A DNA stretch of 64,000 nt from Tubiluchus corallicola (lineage: Eukaryota; Animalia; Priapulida). The DNA lies in contig JAQGDQ010000002.1 of the NCBI GenBank assembly GCA_030141605.1, positions 1,302,001 through 1,366,000 of the forward strand, read 5' to 3'. Position numbers and translations under genes: made by a program. Positions 40,008-50,505 of the stretch are shown in pieces. Below the pieces are notes generated by a model. That model was not told the DNA's origin and made no database searches. It worked only from the letters and a program-made list of their open reading frames with translations. Positions within the stretch are counted from its first letter, which is position 1. Each line of letters begins with the position of its first letter.

Positions 40008-43000
40008 AACAACAACAACAGAAACATGATCTCCCAAGTGTAATTTCCGGACCAAAACCTGGTTTCATGGTAATGATGCTCAGTTAATTGTTTTCAGATT
40101 GCGTGAAATTATTATTCGTGGAGGACCAGAACAACAACCAAGGACACAGCGTTTCTGCGAAAACTGCTCACTGTGATGACAAGTTGCGATTTTATGGATG
40201 TGAATATAAGCTCCCACGAGGTTTTTGTCAAAATCTGCAGTAGAAATGTGATTGTCACTGTATAGCATTTAGAGAAAAAGAGAGAAAATTATGTAGAGAG
40301 GGACGATTGGCAGGTGAATGACCAAAAAAATGGTTGCAGCCAAACAATTGAACTTTGAATTGAAGACGTAGCAATAAAAATAAACAAGAGGGAACAAAAA
40401 AAGAAGAAAATAATGGAAAAGAGGAATGAAAAGCAGAAGAACGAAAAAAGAAATAAAGACGATAGAAAGAAAAGGAGGAACGAAGGAAGGAAAGGGAAAA
40501 AATGAAATAAACGAGAGAAGGGCAATACACAGAACACAAATAAATGGGAGAAAATATAAAAAAGTTAAAAAGTTTGCATTTCGGTGTCTACAGTTTACGT
40601 GTCGTTTGTTATATTTGAGGGATCAGGAAAAATATGCTTTGCAGGAAATAATATTGTATTGATTTCAAAAACAGTGAAAAACTGGTGTCGATCGTTAGCA
40701 ATCATATAAGTTGCATCCAGAAACTCAGCATTTCAAAATTTATCTGTCACTTTTTCAATTGTAGAGCAATTCTCATGTCAAGATGACGACTTGTTCAATG
40801 GAGATAACAAATGTCTATACCAACTGCAAGGCACCTATGACTATCAAGAAGCGTTAAGTCAGTGTGGTAATGATAAAGTATTGACTGTAAAGTCTCTACT
40901 ACCACTCATTACTCTAAGGACGACTTCATGGTAAGGTGTTCTTTTTGGACAACTCTTATTATCATTCACTGTATTGTACTAATTGTAAACGTCACTGTAG
41001 GACTCTAGATAATTTATTTACTACCTATATCTGGGTTGTAATTTCAGATATGCTCAACGTTTTTGGTATATCAATGTAAAATTTAGCACCAGTGCTGTAT
41101 TAGCAGGCACTTTTATAAACAAGGCCGACAGAGACATATGCATCGGCTGTCAACATTCACTCATCGCATATCACACGTTTATCGTATATCATTATTAGCC
41201 GAATTGCATGACCCCCCCATAACAACTTTGAACGTAAAGCCATTTTTATTAGGAATAATATGTGGCTAGGAGCGAAGTTTAATGATTTAAGTGGGAAATT
41301 TGAGTATCAGGACCGTAACGTTATTGGCTTCTACGATCACGAAACAAACGCAATCGTTTGGCAAGGCTTTATTGCTTGGATAGCTGAACAAATTCCTACA
41401 ACAGCAGATTTACTCGAGGTATGTCATGTTCATTCTTTTTATCATGAGAAAGCATTGGCAGTAATAGTTGGCAGGGTCCGTGTCGAAACTACGTTTGAAT
41501 GTGATCGGTTCTTCACTTGCAATACGTTCCTATGTGTACATCTAACCAGGTTGGCATATTCACTGTCAAACTTAATTGCCATTAGCATGAATTAAACCTA
41601 TTTTTTTATATTCAACAAGTTATCCTCAAATGATTTCCCTTTTTATGAAGACTTACTTGTTAACCTCCTGTTACTGTGTTAATTTTGGTAGGATGTTGAC
41701 TGTGTGACAATGAAAACTTCTGGCTCACATGAATGGTCTAACAAAGACTGTATTTCTCAACATTCATTTACTTGTCAGGCTACTGCTAGAGGTAAGCTAC
41801 GCAATTATACAAATAAATACATAAGAAAATATGTGAAGTTCTATCAGAAGTGAATGGTCAAAATGTATCGATGTTTCTTTTAGAATGTAAGAACAACCAT
41901 TACAGATGCCTTTATTGGGCAGATACTGGAGAATGTACAAAAAATCCAAATTACATGCTGACCAACTGTAGACCAGCTTGCAACATCTGTGATGATGGTA
42001 AGTTTTTAAAACCAATATTTTGTAGATTGCGAGGAAGTCACAAGAATACACTTAATTTTTTCTGCTTTCAATGAAAAAGGTAATTAAAGAAGCACAACAC
42101 CATTTTGCCTTTTTGAAACGTACTTTACGCAGTGTGACTTTGTACTGTCGTGCCGGCAGTCAATAGTAATAGCTGCAGAAAGAGAATAACGCATACGCAG
42201 GCTGCATAAACAGATGCATTGAAAACAATATAAACCGATTTTATCCATTCCGCACCTCCCAAAACGTGCTACGCATCCGGATGCTACGTAAACGCCGCTT
42301 AATAAACCACTATACTGCGACACGTTACATTAGACTGGTCACAACAGTTTTGCTCACTTTCGTTAGTCACATAAATACCATTTAATCGTTCAATAATGTT
42401 TCATATACGACTTGTTTTGTACTGTTATCAGTACTGCATTTTCACCAAAATACCTGTCCTTCGAATGCATGTAATCGCAAGAAGAGCAACTAAATTTTTT
42501 CTGCCAGACGATGACACACAATCAACTCCAGTTAGCTCAAGTCGTGAATACGAACCTTTTCATTGTTAAATTTCTGCCTTTCTAGTTAAGGAGTTTAAGG
42601 ATGCCTCACTATTTTCACCTTTACCATTTGTAAATACTTCCTATTAAGCATGGTAATATACGTTAGCGTGTAGCAAAAATGAAGCAAATTTATTATTAAA
42701 TCGTGCTGTTTTATTACTTCAGGCCTTTGATCTTTCAACCCCATTTTCTAATTGCGCAAACAGCGTATAAGTGCATCATCATCAAATGAATTACCTCGCA
42801 AGCAACTAAGAAACTACTAGTATTTCCACACTTCACGGCATATTCACTACCTTTCAATGTATTCTCAATGTTACACTGGGACGCACGACACTCCTCAAAT
42901 AAAACGATGCCAGTGTGTTTGGTAGCCCTACCACCTATCATTTTTGTAATTTCTGTAGTTATTGTTCCAGTCAAACTTAGGACTACATACAAAAAGACCG

Positions 43001-46000
43001 GACGGAGGACTACCAAATATTGTTTTTGTTGTTCTTCGTCGGTCTATGACAGGAATGAATTGGCTCAACCAGTGAGAATTTTTTTAAGAAAAATAAATGC
43101 ACGAAATTGTCATATGTATGAACAACGAGCGAGACTTTTTTCGTTATTGTGGTCCACTGTATTATTTGAATTGTATTCGTTTATACTAGGATGTAAAAAT
43201 ACCCGTGATGATGCAGAATGTCACGGTTGGTATACAAGTGGCGAATGCACAAGAAATTCGACCATAAAAGGCATCTGCAATAAATCGTGCAGAGTATGCG
43301 GAATAGAAGGTAAACCAACAGTTGTTATAATGTGTAATGCAGAATATTTATGTTTGATACTTATGCATCAATATTAAGCCTAAAAATGCATAATCATCAC
43401 AAGGGCATTGTCAGGCGATCTTTTCACTACTAAGCTATTTACTGAATTCCAAAATCCAGGCTTTATTCCATACTAAACTTTGTGCCAGCAGGTGCGCAAA
43501 TTCGAGGATGCGTTCACCTTTCTTACATTTTCCGAGCATTTTCGTGGTAATCATCAACAAAATAGCCACGGTTATCATCACTACCATCACTTTCAAAAAA
43601 CAACCACTGTTTCCCTCTCCATTTCTTCGCTCCTACCGTGCACAAAAAATTCGACCAAAAAGATATCTGCAAGAAGCCGGTTGCTTTCTCTCATCTTTAT
43701 CACACTCTCTCCCTACCTCTCCTGCCCCTTTTCTCTAAGGTTCTCACTCTTTCCCTTTTCCACGAAAAATTCAAATTATTATGCTGCTGTTATGCAACAT
43801 AGATTACCAGTTAATGTAAACTAATGCTTTACTATTGTCAATAGTTTGTACCGCAGAATTTTAAGGCAGTCTTGTTTACTATGCTTCAGTCATTCAGCGA
43901 TGGTGGCATTTCTAATTTATTAATTAAAGTGAGCTATACAAGTAGCATGTACATAGAACATAAATAATGTAACACAATGGTGTATGTATCCGACTCTGAC
44001 ACAAGGATACAGATTTCAAGGTCGCACGTGCTCAGAGAGTGATTGCTAGACTCGTGGGGCAATAATGGGTGCCACTTTGTACACTACAGGTAGTCTGGAA
44101 TACGAAGCGTTGGTTACCTCTTACTGAGTTTTTTGTCCAACTGCCTGGATAACTACATAGTACTTAAAACGCCATTTAGCGTTGCTATAGAATTCGTTTA
44201 GACTACGGAGTAACTCTACGGATAAAATATTAAAACAGGCTAAAAATTACATGAAGAACAACAAAGAAAACGACACCGGCTTTACGCCGAAAGCAATATG
44301 TTTATAAAGTTACAGCAGAAGCAAGTAACCCAAAACTGCATTCGATTATTAAGCAAAAACAGTCATTCACTTTTAAAATATTGACTGATGACAAAATCTC
44401 TTTTTGCGCACCCATGGCGTTTAAATTTAAGCATAAGGTGACACAGGAACACAAAAAATAAGCAAACACTGTATAAGTTTTGCTTTAAACGAGTGATTTA
44501 ATTCTATTTTTAGAATGTGAGAACCATCGTGATACTTGTCGTCAATGGGCAGACAGCGGTGAATGTGAAATTAATCCAAGTTATATGCTAAATGAATGTA
44601 GACAAGCTTGCAGAATCTGTAGTGGTGAGTTTTTACACTAAATTTGAGTAGTTTATGTGTCAGTCACATGAACATTTGCTCAAGTCTAATAACAGCAAAA
44701 CGAAGATGATAAAATAAGCAAAACTTCGCCATTAATTGCATTAAAATTTTCAACAAAAGATCTAAATCCCAAAAATGCATTCGCTGAACATCTGTTATGC
44801 TAGCACACCAACTGTCCGAAATGTCCACGTAGAATAATGAGCGTGTTTGGTAGCTATGCCAATAAGAATTTACCCAAAAGATGAAGCAACAAATTAAAAA
44901 GAGAGGTTTTCGACTTGAGAATAAATCGTACTTATTCGATTGAGCTAAATCCATCGAGTTCATCAACAACGTTGATGCCATATTTATTTCCTATATGAGC
45001 AACGGAGTGACGATGACAGGTGCAGTTCATTTAAAGCTGGAGGAAAGTACTGTCAAAACTTATTCATTTATACCTGAAGTGAATAAACGCCTCACGTTCA
45101 GCATTTTGGTAAAATTTATTTTATTCCAACGCATCACCTTTGAGCGCTGAAGTCTTTATTTTAACAATACAGAACCTTGCCCAACATTAACCAGGTTAAA
45201 ACATTAATCAGGATTCGCATTGATACTGGTCTGATCTTCAACTTGTGAAGCTAAGAATGCACATATTTGGGGCTAGCACATTTTTCGTTACTAGTAGCTA
45301 ATACATCCAATTTGACAAAGGGCAGGGTCAAGACATGAGATAATAAAAATGTGCAAATGCAAATAAATCTGTGAAACCATGTATCAAAGCCTCACATGCT
45401 ATTAGCCGTGAAAACCATCTAGACATTAGTAGACAAAGCCATTTCCACCAATTTTGGGCTTTAGTGGATCAAACGGCCACTTTGTTGATCATGCATGAGT
45501 ACGCAAAAATCGCTATTTTGTCACAACCGAGTGGAGATATTGTTGAAAATTCCATATTTGCTTTACTACTAAATACATTATTTTCAAACATATACCGTAA
45601 TACTCACTCCCTTCCATATAAGAAAATTGAAAGCCTATTTTCAATTTTTTATTGGCGGAGGGCAGTCAGCTGTGTCCCTCCTTTTAGTGTCAAGATATAA
45701 CAGTTCCACGCTGTTGTAACCGCAGTGTACTGTGTACGAATACATTAAACTAACAACTGGCTATATAAAATAAGCCATCATCTAAAATCAACAAACAATT
45801 AAATGTTAAATAAGTTAATAGAATTCATTTTTACCAAAATTTTCGTGTAAAGTATACCAGTGGGCGGATTGAACTATAATGTTGATACGTAACCAGTGGT
45901 GTAAAACAAATGTTAAAATGACACTTTTTTATTTTCGAAAGGATGAATGCTGTATAAAGTCTTTTAGAGTTCGCATTTAGCGTAAATGATGTCGCTCTAC

Positions 46001-49000
46001 GGGAAGCTAGGTGGTTAAGTCCCAGGCATCGCGAGACTATTGGAACGGATCCGGGTTCCAGCGCGGATCCGTCTCAGGATGTATAAAGCGGCATATAAGT
46101 TATGAAATACTACAGCAGACGAGAAAAGTAAAAAGATACGAGTGTAAAATAAACTTAATGAAATAAAATAAAATAAATAACCAGTAGTTCCATGACATGT
46201 GAACAGACTTTTGTACAAAAATTAGCAAGCCTACAGCATTCACCTTTACAGACAGACTGTCAGGTTGGAATAGTCAAATTACGGCATGCATTCCGTTTCA
46301 TATAGGTACATTTGCATTACTGGGCTTCTCAACCATACCCATTACTAACATTAGGGGGTTGGTCAAAATCTGCCTTCGTAACAATATCAAAATATCCGCA
46401 TATTTAGGAGCTATAAATTTGTAGTGTACATGGGTCAAGAATCTGTCTCGGTCTCACTTGGCCTATTTAGGAAGTGCATGATTAGGTCACTGTTTAACCT
46501 TATTTACATTAGGCACCCAACTCAGGAACTATAGGAATAGTCTCATGGCGATATATAAATGAATGTCAGTCGAACACAAAATAAACACCAGTCAAAATCC
46601 AAAAAGCTACAGATATCAGAACCTGGCTGTTAAACACCGATCGAAACCTAACCAAACCCAAATAAGATTATTATACAGTGGTCAAGAATATGACTAAAAT
46701 TCATCATCATGCAGAAGTCAGTATATAATTGGTATTCAATGCTCGGAATCTGTTCAACACACAACGACCAATGAATAATGTCAGACCGTTAAATACAATA
46801 GACAGAATCTGAACAACACACAAAGTGTTCACAGACGTTGTCTCAGTTGTGATCCTGACAGTTTGACTACAACAAGATTTCATTCAACAATATGTGCATG
46901 AATAAACATTTGCTTTTTTTCAGTCGTAACATGTTTCAAAATTGTAATAGTTCATTTGATATGTCATCTGATGTGTACTAACAAACAAAACTGAGATACG
47001 TGCGACAACTGTTTCTCTGCAACAAAATTTGGATCAATAATGTGTGTGAACAATGACTATTATTTCAGGTGTGACATGTCCTGAAATTGTAATCGCTCAT
47101 GCTACCAAATCAAGTAACGCTAGAGAACATCTAGATTCAGTAACAATCACTTGCTATCCAGGTTACGAGTACAGTGGTGGAAATAGCTACGTCGTTAACT
47201 GCCTGTCAAGTGGGGAGTGGTCAGTAACAGTAGAAGACTGTTCAGGTAAAGTTAATTTCCAATTCAAAATCCATTTGGCTGTAAATTCCGATAGTGCACA
47301 AAATGTATCACAACATATTTGAACTGCTCGAAAACGTTGCTGTCCTTTAACTGTAATCACAGTTATAAAAATGCTAAATGTCAAACTGTAGCAAATTACA
47401 TAGTCCACTGGTAAAACGTACAGAGCAAACGTCTTTACTACATAGCGAGAAACATGCCGATTGAAACTGTCGAAATAAAACTAGGACGACAACCTAGTTT
47501 CCAACTTATGGACTTGTTGAAGGTAGCAGGATAGTCTTGATTTAAACCAGTTTTTTACTTATATTTTACAGACATAGACGAGTGCTTTTCTAATACTCAC
47601 AATTGTGCATTGGCTACTGCTACTTGTGAGAATACGCCTGGAAGCTTTACATGTGACTGTATCCAGCATTACTTCGGAGATGGTGTTCAGTGTGAACGTT
47701 AGTATTTCGCATTGCTAACTGTATAATATATTATACCTCAACTTCCATTATTTAAATAGCTAAAAGAAAGTTTTATAATAAAATAGTTAATAAATTGTCC
47801 TCTGACAAAGAATTTCTATAAAATGCTGTTATTTTTACGAAATCAGTTGTCAGCCCATTTGTTCAAAAATTTATTAATTAGTGATTTTATGGTCATTGGC
47901 ATATTTAGGCTGTAAGAAACAATCTGATACAAAAAAATCTTATCATTATTTGTAATACATGAAATTCTCTAAAATGGGGAGGCACTCGTTTCATTTTCTG
48001 GTTCAATATGTAAAAATATCTTGAATTTTTTTATAATATAATATTTTATGAGCACTACTAGAAAAGAAAAATATGCATTAGACTCAGTTTTTTGGCACAT
48101 CATGCAAAATAACCACTTACTGAATTTAGCCAAATATTATGATATCTAGTTGAATACAGTTATAATATTAATAACATTTCGAAACATATAATGTCGTGTT
48201 TCTATGAATGTCTCAAAAACAAGCATCACAATTTGTATGATTTTATACATCACAAGATTATGAAGACCCGCTTGTGACTCCGCAAAATTTGATGATTGTG
48301 GTTAGGGTCTCCAAAGATCATGCCAAAATAACAAAAATGACTTCTTCCACGTTGTCAATGGACGTTATTGCATCGTACCATAGACACGGACAAATTAGCC
48401 GAAATCATAACCTGATGTAAGTGTGATGATGCATTACATCTACAAAGATTTTAAGATGCTCATAATACGACTACACTGTCCAAGCCACATCCATACTGCA
48501 TTTCTACGGTAATCTATTCCTTCGATTATTTCATGGCAACGACTTGGAAAATGCTTAAGATTTTTCTGCAACCACGAAGACCTTCAAGACCATAATGCAT
48601 CCCTAGCTGTTCCAATTACATTGTTACTAATATCTAGAAGATCACCTTACGGTAATCTCATGAAAACCTGGGCAATATATAAGGTTGTAGTGAGGTCTTC
48701 AGTCAGTGTGATGCGGGTTTTACTGATTACCTTTAGTGTATTTCTGAGTGAGGCTGGTGTTGTTTCTTTACTTGTGCTTTATACATACATCTAGCTAATT
48801 TACAATAAATGCTATTTACATTTCAGGTGCTCTACAAGGTAGATACCAATATGTTGGGCCAAAGCTGACTGGACAAACAGGTATTTTAAATACTGTTGTC
48901 AGAAGTACAAAGCTGAGATGTCAAGCTCACTGTGTGCAAGAAAGTGCATGTCAAGCATTCAGTTATAACACTGTAAACAATTATTGTGAGATTTACTCAG

Positions 49001-49068
49001 GAAAGAGGTTGGGAGGGGATGCCACTTTACCGCTTGATGACTGGATGTATTTCGAAATAGAAGACTGA
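24420..49068 (+). CDS. Secreted mosaic protein, pentraxin + 3x C-type lectin + 3x ShKT + CCP/sushi + cbEGF + PAN/apple; 22 exons, ~1012 aa
   Basis: Exons with consistent GT-AG phases: 24420-24483, 24544-24588 (both tentative), 28577-28698, 29701-29837, 30958-31073, 31929-32096, 33409-33569, 34960-35156, 35588-35700, 38012-38143, 38729-38963, 39086-39189, 40098-40220, 40765-40930, 41253-41418, 41692-41791, 41884-41997, 43190-43309, 44514-44624, 47069-47245, 47572-47697, 48827-49068. Total 3039 nt, no internal stop; AATAAA at 49088. Confidence 0.88.
25845..26255 (+). pseudogene. Decayed transposon-associated ORF fragment in an intron
   Basis: [11 protein letters not shown]..., [29 protein letters not shown]; resembles from memory the YEL..P.SL / DG.A.VQ..TF.D / SIK..ER.RRG pattern of invertebrate DNA-transposon-linked proteins. 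Confidence 0.4.
26650..27885 (-). mobile_element. Decayed CR1-like LINE, AP-endonuclease region
   Basis: Minus strand YYPP (cf. YRPP), VLCDFNFP (cf. GDFN.P), LTQF..NVLDLVF, SDY (cf. SDH), in the expected order. Confidence 0.65.
27407..27666 (+). mobile_element. Short L2-like LINE 3' end nested in the CR1-like relic
   Basis: [14 protein letters not shown] terminal peptide, an AT-rich UTR and an (AATA)n(AAT)n tail. Confidence 0.55.
28577..33569 (+). CDS. Pentraxin-domain exons of the mosaic gene
   Basis: FTICEWVK, LISYAV..NEIVL, signature HHICVTW, and [19 protein letters not shown]. Confidence 0.93.
29064..29250 (-). mobile_element. Retroposon-like 3' fragment with (CA)/(CACG) tail, copy 1
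   Basis: 29168-29237 is the exact reverse complement of 32226-32295. Confidence 0.8.
32135..32348 (+). mobile_element. Same element, copy 2, embedded in a (CA)n/(CACG)n tract
   Basis: 70-bp identity to the inverted copy at 29168-29237. Confidence 0.8.
33670..34698 (-). mobile_element. ~1.0 kb non-coding dispersed repeat, copy 2
   Basis: Reverse-complement homologue of 14833-15925. Confidence 0.85.
34960..41791 (+). CDS. Three C-type lectin-like domains of the mosaic gene
   Basis: CP..CYKF..C..LVNI / FWIGL..WEWED / C..W...C..VVCE; second domain with AWVGI; third with MWLGA and WSNKDC..FTCQ. Confidence 0.9.
39970..40020. repeat. (GAC)n(AAC)n microsatellite
   Basis: Direct reading. Confidence 0.9.
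41884..44624 (+). CDS. Three ShKT-domain exons (phase 1-1)
   Basis: [35 protein letters not shown]; [27 protein letters not shown]; [35 protein letters not shown]. Confidence 0.93.
45938..46247. mobile_element. Candidate MITE with terminal inverted repeats and an internal GC hairpin
   Basis: TGAATGCTGTA (45944-45954) / TACAGCATTCA (46232-46242), flanked by AAAGG/CCTTT; stem ACGGATCCG (46045-46053) / CGGATCCGT (46064-46072). Confidence 0.5.
47069..49068 (+). CDS. CCP/sushi, calcium-binding EGF and terminal PAN/apple exons
   Basis: [17 protein letters not shown]; [23 protein letters not shown]; [24 protein letters not shown]. Confidence 0.9.
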
Positions 49069-50202
49069 GCAAAACAATATAGTGGTAAATAAAACAAATA
49101 CAAATTTATAAAGACTTAAAAAAGGAAAAACGTTTTTTTCTAGAAATTAAGAAATACTAAAAATACTAAAACATACCAAATTTAACTATATGTTATCTTT
49201 ATTGTTTCAGTCACCATTTAATAAGTTATGACAATAAATGTGTTATACTGCAACATCACCAACAACCTTGTGCAGTCAGACATACAAACACTTGAAAGCT
49301 TGTTTGGTCTTACTGTAAAGTAATCTCTATGGATAACAATGCAAACAAAAGAGCTAACTGCTTTTTAGTAAAGCTTCTTTATGAGCACTTAGCTATTCTA
49401 GAAAATTTATCAAGCCTAATCACTTTAGTGCTACACCCTGTAAAATTTTGGCAAATGCATAATAACTTATAGTAAAAGATAAGTTGCAACATTATAAAAG
49501 AAATTCTATGCTACAGAAGCTCATTAATCTTAGTCCTATAGCATATATGTAATGGATACACAAACACGTTACTGGCATTATTATTACTTTACCTTTATCC
49601 GCAATAACATATTGCTCATTTTGCACCCACTCCAGTTTCCATCTATGAAGTCAGACTTTCAAGAAGTATTTTCACAAAAACCAGTTGATTATGTTTCGTG
49701 AGACTACCATTTTTGTTATTGCAAATGATCTCATTTAGGTATGTTAAAAAACTATTTAAATATTTTTTCTTCAGGTAATTGGAAAGAAGATACAAAATAA
49801 GGCTGTTTATGTTATATAGCATAAAGTATGTTGCATAACAATAGCATAAATTATGCTTATGTTATGTAGTACAAAGCCTACATTTAATAATTATATGTAC
49901 AGTGATCCCAATAAATTATATGAAAGTAGTTAGTACAGTTCCGGTATAAATGATGGCATTATCATTTGTACCTACCATTTATAGACTGTACAAATTATTT
50001 TGCTAAGTTTTGATACATACAAAAACTTCACAGATACAAAATATTTTCTGAGGTGAATATAACTTTAAGTGGGGAACATAAGATTCGAAAAACACCCTTA
50101 ATAAAATACTTTCTGAGATGAAAATAAGTTTAAGCAAAGAACACAAAATTCGAAAAACATGGTTAGGATGCGTAATATGCTCAACGCTACCTGTTTCTTG
50201 AA

Positions 50203-50425
50203 TCAACTGACAGCAGAGGATACTCCTGGTATGAACTGCTTCAATATGTTGTTCAAAACAAGTAGAGATGTTTGTAAACCAGGAGCCATGTTGCTTTCTA
50301 GCCAAACGTCTCGATATTGGTCAATCAAAGATAATAATCTATGAAACAAAGAATAATTTTGTGTAATAATGAATGAAGAATTATGCATGTTTATAAAGTA
50401 TTATCAATGTCAAGAATCTGCATTT

Positions 50426-50505
<80 letters not shown>

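Noticed and set aside
40255-40662. Phe/Ser-rich and Lys-rich ORFs
   Set aside because: Purine-rich low-complexity intron sequence.
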